Assembly: GCA_030295235.1 (NCBI GenBank)
Contig: AP026138.1
Coordinates: forward strand, 248,001-312,000
Origin: Fistulifera solaris
Lineage: Eukaryota
DNA: 64,000 bases
Direction of reading: 5' to 3'
The translations under genes and the position numbers were made by a program. The notes under the pieces were generated by a model, which was given only the letters and a program-made list of their open reading frames with translations, searched no databases and was not told the origin of the DNA. Positions 38,473-50,184 of the stretch are shown here, piece after piece (the stretch's first letter is position 1; every line of letters begins with the position of its first letter).

Positions 38473-39795
38473 TTAGAGCCTGAAGGTTAGTGAGAGAAGG
38501 TTCCAGCCCTCACCGGTCACCGTTAACTTGAATTTTGAAGATCCTGCCGGTAGGGTTGCAGGAAAATCTACGCTCATTCCTTCAAACCAGCTGCCAGAAG
38601 CCGGAAGCGTCGAGGCTGAACCCATGAGCTGACCCGTCGCGGCATTTTCTAACCTGAAGCCACCGGATCCGTCGGGACTGGCAACTCTTACGCCGATATC
38701 ATAAGCGCCTGCCACTGGCACGTCGACGGTGTATTCCACAAAGTCACCAATAGCTAGTTGACCGAGCAACTTTCCATCTACAACGGCACCTTGGTTGCTA
38801 CTGAACTCTGTAGCGGGTACAATAAAGAAAGTTCCCTGAGGCTCAGGAGCCGTGCCATTCGCAGCGTTAAAGGCCACAAACATCAAGTTCCAGCCGCCTT
38901 CTACCACCAAAAACTGTAATGGCACGGTACCGGCCGTAAGTCCAATGGTTCCAAGATCCACCATAATCCAATCATCCCATCCCGCTGTTGCCGGAATGGA
39001 GGTTACCTCTGCCAAAATTTCGGAACTATCCCTGTTGGTGATGAAAAAACTTCCCAGAGCCGATGGGTTTGCAATTCGTATCCACATTTGGTAGGCACCT
39101 GTCGTATCAACCGGCACATCAAAGGCAAGCTTGTCACCCGAAAATAGGAAGGCGAGGTTCTGGTCGACTTCATTCGCTCGATCGACGACCACACCCGTCG
39201 GGACAGTGAACTCTTCAGCACGAACCATAATGTCATAGTCCTCATAAGCCTGCACATAGCCGTAGCCTTCCAGTAACGTGAGCTTCATCCATTGAAGGTT
39301 CCAGCCGCTTTCCAAGGAAACTAGTTGAATGATAGAATATCCTTCATCGAGTGCAACTTTTCCGAGAGACACCGTCTCCCAAGTCTGCCACTCCGAAGTT
39401 GCGGGGATATCTTGAAAGACCCCGTAAACTGTTCCAGTATCTTTATTCCGAAACTCAAACGCACCGTCGCCATCGGGGCTCGCGACTCGTACTTCTACGT
39501 CGAAATAGCCACCCGTCGACAGAGCCACATCGAAGGCCACAAAATGGCCCGCCTGCAGCCAACCAATATTCTTGCCCCCTTCCGAGCTATCTTCAAGCAA
39601 GACACCATAATAGTCACAAAGCGCAGCGACGTCTATGAAAATCTCGGATCCTATTATGAGTTTCTCGGGGGGAATTCCACTCGAGTAACATTGATTGGCA
39701 TTGGGTTCTTCGCCGTTGACTCGCCAAGGATCATCAATTTGTTGGGCGGCAGCTGCGTGAAACAGAGCGAGAATGATGGATATAAACAACCTCAT
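38473..39795 (-). CDS. Secreted non-catalytic protein with three CBM6-like modules
   Basis: Signal peptide MRLFISIILALFHAAAA; SSEGGKNIGW, RVASPDG, PATSEWQTWETV, GWNL repeated three times; intact intronless ORF. Confidence 0.88.
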   Translation of the reverse strand: MRLFISIILALFHAAAAQQIDDPWRVNGEEPNANQCYSSGIPPEKLIIGSEIFIDVAALCDYYGVLLEDSSEGGKNIGWLQAGHFVAFDVALSTGGYFDVEVRVASPDGDGAFEFRNKDTGTVYGVFQDIPATSEWQTWETVSLGKVALDEGYSIIQLVSLESGWNLQWMKLTLLEGYGYVQAYEDYDIMVRAEEFTVPTGVVVDRANEVDQNLAFLFSGDKLAFDVPVDTTGAYQMWIRIANPSALGSFFITNRDSSEILAEVTSIPATAGWDDWIMVDLGTIGLTAGTVPLQFLVVEGGWNLMFVAFNAANGTAPEPQGTFFIVPATEFSSNQGAVVDGKLLGQLAIGDFVEYTVDVPVAGAYDIGVRVASPDGSGGFRLENAATGQLMGSASTLPASGSWFEGMSVDFPATLPAGSSKFKLTVTGEGWNLLSLTFRL

Positions 39796-40396
39796 CTTAC
39801 AATATACTCAAAACACAAGCCTCTCTTTGATGCAGGGAATTTTTACAAGTCTTAATGGCAATGTACCAGTCGTTCAAGCGCGAAGCCTATTCTTGCAACC
39901 AGATGGATGAAAGATGATGAAAAAAAGGACGAGAAAATTTTGCGGACTTGTTGGGAATGATCAATTTCGAAATAAGTCCTTTCGTTTCGTCTCTAGCGCA
40001 AACAGTAAGCCCTACTGAAAACGCTGGCCTTCATTTAGGTAGCACTGGACGAATGTGCAGTGTGCAGAGAAAAAGTAGTGATAGGTGACACTTTGTTTTT
40101 GACGACTTACAAGTACCGGTACCTGGTGTGACTTATCGCTTATCGCCGCGCAGTCATTGAAACTAGAGAGACTACGACGACTTGTTAAGGATTGAAGTTT
40201 TGGAACTTGAATCCTGTCACGAGTCGTATCGTCGGGAGCAAGGATTTAAGTCGGGAGACACTGTCTAGAGACTAATTTGCAAATTTGCTTCTCAACACGA
40301 ATGAATCATCATGTGCTCAAAGTAGCGGGAGCTTTCGATTAGTACTCCTAAATAAGTTAAAATCTACGTGTGATCGCTAAAACTAGTACATAATAT

Positions 40397-41197
40397 CTAC
40401 TGCTGTTGTTGCCGTGCAGCAAATTTGCCGCAAGGAACCATTTTGGTACCCGCGCCTAATAAACCCATGCTTTGTTCTACTTTCAATACGCCCTCAAGTT
40501 TCTTGGGGTTGTTGTTTATTTTTCCTTCAAAATACAGCCATCCTTCCGGGACCGTGTACGATGTCGACGTCTGCGTTGTTTTAGCTTCCTCGTTGGACCA
40601 AAACACATTTTGAATTGTGCCCGTCGTCTGAACTGTTCGCGTATAGCCAGTCACTCGCAAACGAAACCGAAAATTGTCATCCTTTACAATCCAGTCGCCT
40701 TCATCTGTTGAGCAGAACCCATCTTCATCGGGCTTATCAACAGCACATTTAGCCGAATTAAGAAAATCCACAACGATGTTTTCACAAGTCGGCTTTTCGG
40801 GAAGGTTTAGTCCAATATCCTTGTCACGCGTAGTGATAGTAGTACGGGCGGCAAATAGATCATTCGATGGATCTCTCGAAGAAATTCCGGCAAGATACAA
40901 TTCCAGAGAATATTTTCCTTCCAGTTGTGTCAATTGTTGTTGTTGTCGCCACTTCTCTTGTGTTTCTGTTAGACGACCGGATCTGGTGGTGGTTGTGTCT
41001 GATAGGCCCGAATCTATACTACCTGTTCGTTTATCAGCGCTCAAATCGGGAGAATTCTCGAATGCTTTTTTGAAAAGATCATTGAACAGTTGCAAGGAAG
41101 TTGATGACGACATTGACCTTTTAGTGCCAAGAAGCGGCGGGCTGAATGCAGAAGCCGGTACAAACAGCAGAAGCAGAGATAATATATGCAACTTCAT
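40397..41197 (-). CDS. Plastid-targeted protein of unknown function
   Basis: Intact 266-aa ORF with a canonical diatom bipartite leader ..VPASA|FSP. Confidence 0.7.
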   Translation of the reverse strand: MKLHILSLLLLFVPASAFSPPLLGTKRSMSSSTSLQLFNDLFKKAFENSPDLSADKRTGSIDSGLSDTTTTRSGRLTETQEKWRQQQQLTQLEGKYSLELYLAGISSRDPSNDLFAARTTITTRDKDIGLNLPEKPTCENIVVDFLNSAKCAVDKPDEDGFCSTDEGDWIVKDDNFRFRLRVTGYTRTVQTTGTIQNVFWSNEEAKTTQTSTSYTVPEGWLYFEGKINNNPKKLEGVLKVEQSMGLLGAGTKMVPCGKFAARQQQQ

Positions 41198-41644
41198 TGT
41201 AAATTGATCATAGCATCCAAGATTAATCGCCTTTGTCTTACAATTTGCAATAGTCTATTTGCATTTTCGCATTCTTCTTGAGTTTTGCGTTCGCAAAGAT
41301 CATCATCGAGAAAGCTTTGTTTTTCATGCTGACGTCGTTGAGTACCGCTGTGCGACCTCAACTATGCTGACGCAAGATTGTTGTTAGTAAAACACTTGAC
41401 TGATCTAAAATGGCATTAGCCATCTTTTACAATAGGCTTGATCCATGATTTTGTTTTGACATCTGACCCAACAGCATTGTGGTCACTCCTTACGTCGTTT
41501 TACAAGCAGTGAGCGATCGTAACCATCGCTTTGTTTAGCAAAATGCGTTCTGTTCGCTGATCTTTTATAGAAAAAGATAAATAATGTTGCCAAATCTATT
41601 ACATGTTTTATACATAGCTCAAAAAATATTTTATTGCACAAAAC

Positions 41645-42343
41645 TCAGCTCAAAAAAGTGTTTTGAGCTTCTTCCGCATCGAACAAAGCAAGCTCGATTG
41701 CTTCTTTAGATGAAACAGCTGATAAACTTTCCGACAGCTGCGACAGATAACCTTGATTTTGGTGTGAGAGAATCGTTTGCCGATACTGCTTCGCCTTATT
41801 CTGTTTCTGCTGCGCTAGGCCCGAGTAAGCGCGAAATTCAACCCCGCGAATGGTGTCCGTGATGGGATTTAAGAACCCGTTACGAAACAAGAAAATTACT
41901 TCACACAACCGTTTTTTTGACCAAGATATGTTCCAAAGGAGACATCCAAGCAGCATATAGGTCTTTTTCTGACGACTTGCTTTCGTATACCTGATTCGCT
42001 TCCAAATCAAAGCGAACGACTCGTCTTGAGTCGCTTCTTCACATCGCTGACGTTTTGAAGCTACCAAGCTTCTCAGATCATCAAGTGGAGAAACTTGGTT
42101 TCTGCGCTTGCAATACGAGCGGAGGCGAATCAATGAATCTTGTGCCGGTAGAATTGGCAGACGACCTCCTTGCACGGCGGATGCTGCTGAGGTGGGCTTA
42201 GGTGTAAGTAGAGATGTGAGGCTGAGGGATACATCCGGCTGGGAGGACACGGCGAGTGTGGATTTCAAGGAATAAGCGGGCGAATCGCCTGCCATGGTAG
42301 GATTCACTATTATAGGCGACATAGCTGACGATGGTGATAGCAT
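41645..42343 (-). CDS. Uncharacterised diatom-type protein (RG[LV]E...A..DA.EA family)
   Basis: C-terminal IRGVE...ILSHQ...LSQLSESLS..S.EAIELALFDAEEA resembles a motif common in diatom hypothetical proteins; start uncertain. Confidence 0.45.
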   Translation of the reverse strand: MLSPSSAMSPIIVNPTMAGDSPAYSLKSTLAVSSQPDVSLSLTSLLTPKPTSAASAVQGGRLPILPAQDSLIRLRSYCKRRNQVSPLDDLRSLVASKRQRCEEATQDESFALIWKRIRYTKASRQKKTYMLLGCLLWNISWSKKRLCEVIFLFRNGFLNPITDTIRGVEFRAYSGLAQQKQNKAKQYRQTILSHQNQGYLSQLSESLSAVSSKEAIELALFDAEEAQNTFLS

Positions 42344-42780
42344 TTGAAAAATGTGCCATCGACTGGAAGCGGAGGAATTGCGAGTTGCGAGGGAAGCGAA
42401 AAGTCCAGAACTACAGATCAGACACAAATCGCCCAATCGCGGCCGCTCAATCATCGATCATCTTCGAGAAGCTCGCAATCAACAATCAAGGCGAAAAAGG
42501 CACTCCGAGCTTCGAATGCAACCATAGTACCACGGCTACGTGAAAATTCGTAGGATACAAAAATCCACAATGTGGATTGTGGATTTTATTCGCTGGTGTT
42601 CTTTATGTTCTTTATGAAGATCTTTCTGCTAACGTATTTCCTATTCCCATTTCCTTTCGGACTAATTACAAGGTTCTACGTTTCTACGTATCAATTACAA
42701 CGTACTACCGCTACCGTACTCGTACTTACTATGAAGTACAAACTATAACATAAAACAATAGGGAGGCATACATAAGACGA

Positions 42781-42945
42781 GACGACTGACGACTGACGAC
42801 TGACGACTGACTCCTTATTCTGACATTATTACTCCGTGTCGTGTCTCCTGTCTCCTGTCTCCGGTCTCGTGCAATAAGCTCCGTGACTTCGGACTTTGGA
42901 CCCTGAACTTCAACGCTCATCGCCCACAAACCACAAACCACAAAC
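42781..42945. repeat. Cluster of heptamer tandem repeats
   Basis: (GACGACT)x4 at 42781, (TGTCTCC)x3 at 42842, (CCACAAA)x3 at 42924. Confidence 0.9.
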
Positions 42946-43279
42946 GAGCCTTTTATATTCATTCTCCCTCTACTTGGTAGAGGTTTAGCTAGGGTCTACG
43001 AACTAAGAATTCTTTTACGTAGCCCGCACGCAGAAGCTATTAAGAGAAACTAGGCTAATCTAAATAACACGATGCTGAGGAGGCTTATGACGTGGGAGTA
43101 AAGTTAGTTTGAGGAGTGAGGGGTGTGATTCGTCATTTTCTTTTTTGATCCCGTAAAAGCCCGGATGTTGGATTCCTGATCTTTCGTGAGAATATTGAAG
43201 CCAGCTATTTATGAAACAAATCTTATTGAAACATGCTAAATCGATAAACCAATAACTTCAGGCTACATTGTAAATAGCT

Positions 43280-45814
43280 TTATAGTCCCCAAGGGGAAAT
43301 GGGTGTTGAAGTGGTGGCATTGGTAGTTCCTGTACACATGCTGATAGTCGACCCCCCGTAGATTGTTGATGCGAAGTCGTCGTCACTGCTAGCACAACCG
43401 TCATTCGTTGAGGAATTACCTAACTCTTCCTTTTCCATCTTAAGTCGAAAGCAAAGAGCACTAAAACCTTCGAGTAAGACTTTGCACAAATCAGTGGAAA
43501 GCGCACTCATGTCTAGCGTTCGCTTATGGAAGATCAGACTGAGGCTCTTATTGGCCATGTTTTCTTTCGCATGCGTTCGCAATACACTTGTTCCTGTTAA
43601 TTTTCGTCTTGAGGGATCCTTGGTCCAAGCATGTCGGACTTCAATGCATTTCGTTAGATCTAGAATTGGACGCTTGCCTTTCACTTTTTCTCCTTCCAAC
43701 GGTTTCCATGTTAAAGATTTGCCATCAGGAAGAAGGTAAAGAACCCTGTACTGGGATTTGGACCATCGGTTTCGGTTGTGTTTCATTATTGTTATTCCGT
43801 GTCGAAGACGAGCGACGAAGCACCGAACAATGAAATCAGATGCAATCTTGCAGCCTTCAGCGGGGGTAAAGTTCGCAATTTTTTTCAGTTTCGGGTTCTT
43901 TTTAGGAGAGTCAAGAATTTCTCTCATGTCAATGCAGCCCGCTTCTAAAGATGCCCGACGCCGTGCACGTTGCTGAAAGCAATCAACTTCTTGTTGAATC
44001 GGCTCTTCGTACAAACTTGAACCATAACTACGTTCAGAATCTTCGGAATCGTCAGATTCGGATTCAGATTCGCTCGCACTATTCGAGTCAGATTCTGAAT
44101 TGTTGAAATCCAATTCGGCCCAACTACGGTGAATGGAATCTTTCAAGGCATTCGACGATCGTCTAATTGCGGGTTTCGTTGGAAGTGCCGTCGTGAAAGG
44201 CTTCTGACGGAAACTTGTAGAAACGTTAACCGTTGCTTTCTCAACGGGCTTCGAGTTTTCAAGCAGAAGCTCTGAGTCTTCTTCTTCCTCATGTTTCTGC
44301 GCAAGAGCATCTTCACGACGAACCAAGCCTAACGAGTTTCGTACGGGCTCTTTTGCTTTCCCGGGCTTGCTTGTCTTGGGCTGCTTGCTGTAAAAGCCGC
44401 TGCGACTAAGTAAGCTGTCAGGATCATCCAAATCGTCTTGAGCTTTCGCGTCGCTGTCTTTCTCGGATTCTACGATGCAGCAGGAGTTGCGTCGAGAAAC
44501 CCGATTGCTGGCGATACTAACGTCATCATCCCGGACCGAACTACTATCGGCATCCGATTCATACAACTCTGCTTTCATCTTGGCTTTGTTACTGATCAAA
44601 TGGTCCGGGCGGATGATACAGCTATTGCGGCGGCGAGACGCACGCGAAGAAGCTTGACTTCTGGCGTCCGATTCGTAGCCCAGTGCAGCTTGACTGTCAT
44701 AATTCGCGAAACTGCGACTACTTTTACCTCCGTATCCGTAGCCGTAGTCCAGGCCTACCCTGTTTGTGCTTGCGTTACCGGCGTCCTTGTCGTAGTAAAG
44801 ATCATCCGATTCCGATTCGGAGTTTTCCAAGTCGGATTCGATGTCAATTGGGGACGAGGCGATCTCGTTCGGCAATCGCTGACTTAGGCGTCTTGATCTG
44901 TGAGACGAAGCGCGAGACGAGGTAGAAGGTCGTCTACTATAGGCCGCTGCATGAGGCAGTTGTGGTGTAGCGTACCCATAGCCATAACCAAGATTTTGGA
45001 AGGAGTCTTGACGTGAGTCTTCATCATCTTGGTGAAACTGACCGCTCATTCGACGATTCATGCGAGCCAAAGCATCTTGATTAATTCCTTTGTTCGCAAC
45101 AGGAGATAGAGCGGCCTTAATTTCTTCTGCGGACATCGCTGGTAGACATGACTTGACAGTTTCTGGGCTTTGAGGGTGACCTGCGTACGGATCGATGTTG
45201 TACGGATCACCGGAAAAGGAAGCTCGACGTCCAGCCTTCGGCTTTGTGTACTTCACTTTATCCAACTGAAATCCATTCGCATTGATGCCTCCCGACAAGC
45301 TGGCTCGCCGGCCACTGTAAGCTGAGCCTAGATCAGCGCTACGCATCCCACCGGAAGCACTGGCTCTCCGACCTGTAGGGTGCACACCACTCGACAAACT
45401 GACACGTCTCGTTACCTGCGCCGAGGACATGTTTAGGCTGGCGCGGCGCGGTCGCGAATCGAAGCCCGAATCTCCCGAAAGACTCGATCGGCGCTTGCTG
45501 CTCCCCATCGACGCTCTTCGGCTCGACTTCAAGGACGCTCTTCTTTGCGCACGCGCTAGAGCTTTCGATTCTCCGACATCGTCATCGTCGTCGTATCCGT
45601 CCTGGTAATCCTCGCAGCGTCGTTTGTGACTACGCGTCGATTTGATCGATGCAACGCTCCGGTCATCCAGACTCCGGCCTGGGAGGCGTGTGGAACGAGT
45701 AGCTCCGTATCCGTACATCATGTTTCCAGCTAGCGGGTCAGATTCCGAAGCTTCGGTTGTATCTTCGTCATCTTCTAACGATCTTAAAGCGTGTAAACCT
45801 GTAGCAGTTCTCAT
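43280..45814 (-). CDS. Ser/Arg-rich disordered protein with a C-terminal PH-like domain
   Basis: Intact 844-aa ORF; C-terminal GITIMKH..SKSQYRVLYL.PDGKSLTWK..LDL..CIEVR..LSLIF..RTLD PH-domain pattern. Confidence 0.75.
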   Translation of the reverse strand: MRTATGLHALRSLEDDEDTTEASESDPLAGNMMYGYGATRSTRLPGRSLDDRSVASIKSTRSHKRRCEDYQDGYDDDDDVGESKALARAQRRASLKSSRRASMGSSKRRSSLSGDSGFDSRPRRASLNMSSAQVTRRVSLSSGVHPTGRRASASGGMRSADLGSAYSGRRASLSGGINANGFQLDKVKYTKPKAGRRASFSGDPYNIDPYAGHPQSPETVKSCLPAMSAEEIKAALSPVANKGINQDALARMNRRMSGQFHQDDEDSRQDSFQNLGYGYGYATPQLPHAAAYSRRPSTSSRASSHRSRRLSQRLPNEIASSPIDIESDLENSESESDDLYYDKDAGNASTNRVGLDYGYGYGGKSSRSFANYDSQAALGYESDARSQASSRASRRRNSCIIRPDHLISNKAKMKAELYESDADSSSVRDDDVSIASNRVSRRNSCCIVESEKDSDAKAQDDLDDPDSLLSRSGFYSKQPKTSKPGKAKEPVRNSLGLVRREDALAQKHEEEEDSELLLENSKPVEKATVNVSTSFRQKPFTTALPTKPAIRRSSNALKDSIHRSWAELDFNNSESDSNSASESESESDDSEDSERSYGSSLYEEPIQQEVDCFQQRARRRASLEAGCIDMREILDSPKKNPKLKKIANFTPAEGCKIASDFIVRCFVARLRHGITIMKHNRNRWSKSQYRVLYLLPDGKSLTWKPLEGEKVKGKRPILDLTKCIEVRHAWTKDPSRRKLTGTSVLRTHAKENMANKSLSLIFHKRTLDMSALSTDLCKVLLEGFSALCFRLKMEKEELGNSSTNDGCASSDDDFASTIYGGSTISMCTGTTNATTSTPISPWGL

Positions 45815-46610
45815 TGTTGCTTTTCACTTTGGCTCAAAAAGGATACTTCCATGTGACTCGTAATCCTCTTTTCTTGTCTAATAATAAACGGGTGTGACTT
45901 GTTGTCGTCCAAAGAGCGTTTTGCCTGCTCCTTATTTATGCTCCGCTTCTTGCTTCGTGGCTTCGTGGTCTTGCCCTTGTCTTCACGGAAGTCTCCCTTC
46001 CAATTTCAAAAAATCTCACCACCCCTTTCCCATAGTACAACAGACGAAATGGAGGCCAAAGAAGCTCGTAGGGTCTAATTCTGTTTTTACTATAAGAACT
46101 CAGTACGTATGTCCAGAGTCCAGAACATCTTTAATCGGGGTTGCGTTTTGCGTTGCGTTGCGGTGATTCGGTGATCGGTGGATCGGTGATCTCGTAAATA
46201 CAAGTCATTACGTACTGTAATACTGACATACGGAGTAGTCATTGGTCATTAGGTGAGAAGTGGTAGCAAGTTAATGCGACACTAGGAAGAAGTGTACAAC
46301 AGCTGACAAATGACCGATGACCAATGACCGCAATAGGTACTGATGTTAATACAGAATGTACTCTAAACGTAGCCAGTGACACTGTTACAAAGAACAGAGG
46401 GCAAAGGGCTTGTGCGTCCGTCATCCGATGTCTCGTCACGACCTTTTTTGTGCATCACAACACCGTCTTCAAGTTGCGAGTCATGAAGGTCAAGTCAATC
46501 GTTGCTATGATGGCGACCTTGAAAATCTGACATATTCTTATATAACGGACTAAACAGAAGATTGGTGATATGATATTCGACAGAGATCTAAAGAATACTC
46601 AATAGATTAT

Positions 46611-48774
<2,164 letters not shown>

Positions 48775-49589
48775 GTTTTTTGTTTGTTGTGATGTATGCG
48801 TGAGCTATGTCAAAGATTCGCTTTGAGGTCGCAAAAGTAAAGCAGTTGTTGGCGACCTTGGTTGGCGATGCTGATGCCGAAAAAGAAGACTTTTTTTCGC
48901 GAAGATGGATGAACGGTCGGTCGGCCATCGAGAAAGCAAAAAAAGACGCATGAGCCGAGATGACGTAAGCCTATGACGTACGTATGCGAATGAGAAGACG
49001 GACGATGTCGCAGGTCGCAGCACCAATGAAAGATGTACCGGTACGATAGGGAATTTTAAAATCGTCTAGCTCCTCTCTCTAGATCTCTAGATAGCCATTT
49101 CGTCATCCGGAGCGTAACCTCATTATTTCGATGTAAAAGATTCTCCATAACTTGGCGTGAAAAGCTACATGAGCAATTTGATTCAGATGAATTGCTTATC
49201 TTCTCTTTTTCCTCAGCAATGATACTTTGTACCTGGTAATATCCACGCTATCGTCGTTAACAGTACCAAATATATTATAAAAATCATAAAACCCGAGGCC
49301 ACGCGGATGCAGAAGCTAGGCATTTAGATACCTTTTAGCTTTATTAATTCGTGGACTTGGAACTACGCTCTCTGTGGCCGACAAACAGACGAAGATAGCG
49401 GCACGACTCTTTTCCACTCGTCGGAGTATCAGCGGGACATAGTTTGAGTGTCCATCAGTGTGTAGCATCGCACGTTTGACCAAAGATTTTTGGCACGCCT
49501 CTCCGCATCCCGGTTCACAAGTGCCTTTTGGCCCATCAAATCAAAACCATCATTACCTTTCATTCCAAAACAAAAGCCAACATCTCCTC

Positions 49590-49841
49590 ATGAAAACGTT
49601 CAACATTCTTTTGCTGTTTGCTGTCTTGGGAACATCCAGCGCGAGCGTGAAGAGCGATGAGTCGATACGAATGTTTCAAAAGAGCGGATACGTTGAAACA
49701 TCCACCCCAGGACGGATTGTCAGCTTGAGTCGTCGATCCATTGCCTTTTATTCGGAAGCTGCATTGCCAGAACGTTTAGAGAGGGGCGTTTTGGTAGGAT
49801 CTGCCTTTGTACAAAAGCCGAAAAAGTCAGCATCGCACTAG
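49590..49841 (+). CDS. Small (83 aa) putative secreted protein
   Basis: ATG in an A/C-rich context; signal peptide MKTFNILLLFAVLGTSSA; no recognisable domain. Confidence 0.5.
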   Translation: MKTFNILLLFAVLGTSSASVKSDESIRMFQKSGYVETSTPGRIVSLSRRSIAFYSEAALPERLERGVLVGSAFVQKPKKSASH

Positions 49842-50184
49842 AAGCTGGAAAATCGGTATGCTATGCAGATAGAATAGATCACACATAGAGAGAAAAACAT
49901 AAATATAATTGTATGCACCGTTTTTGCGATAACGCCATGAGCAATGCGCGGCTATTATTGAGACTAATACAACTGTTCGTGCACTGGTAAAAGTTGTAGA
50001 AGGGCGCTAGTCGAGTATTCTGTGTTGAAAAAGCAAGAATTCTGTCTAGGTTGGCTGAACGAAAGGTAGATCGCATATCGCATGCGTTGCGGCAGAGTTC
50101 ATCATCAAACAATATAGCCTTAAAATTTTAATACGCCGGCAAATGATATGAATTATAGCTTTCTGATAGAAAATAATAGCAGCT

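Noticed and set aside
31747..39795. Bacterial contamination as the source of the CBM6 genes
   Set aside because: They are interleaved with a eukaryotic-type tRNA and a plastid-targeted LPAAT, and are contiguous with intron-containing diatom genes of similar composition.
42781..42945. Short repeat clusters as a CRISPR array or telomeric repeats
   Set aside because: No repeat-spacer structure, the context is eukaryotic, and the units are not TTAGGG-like.
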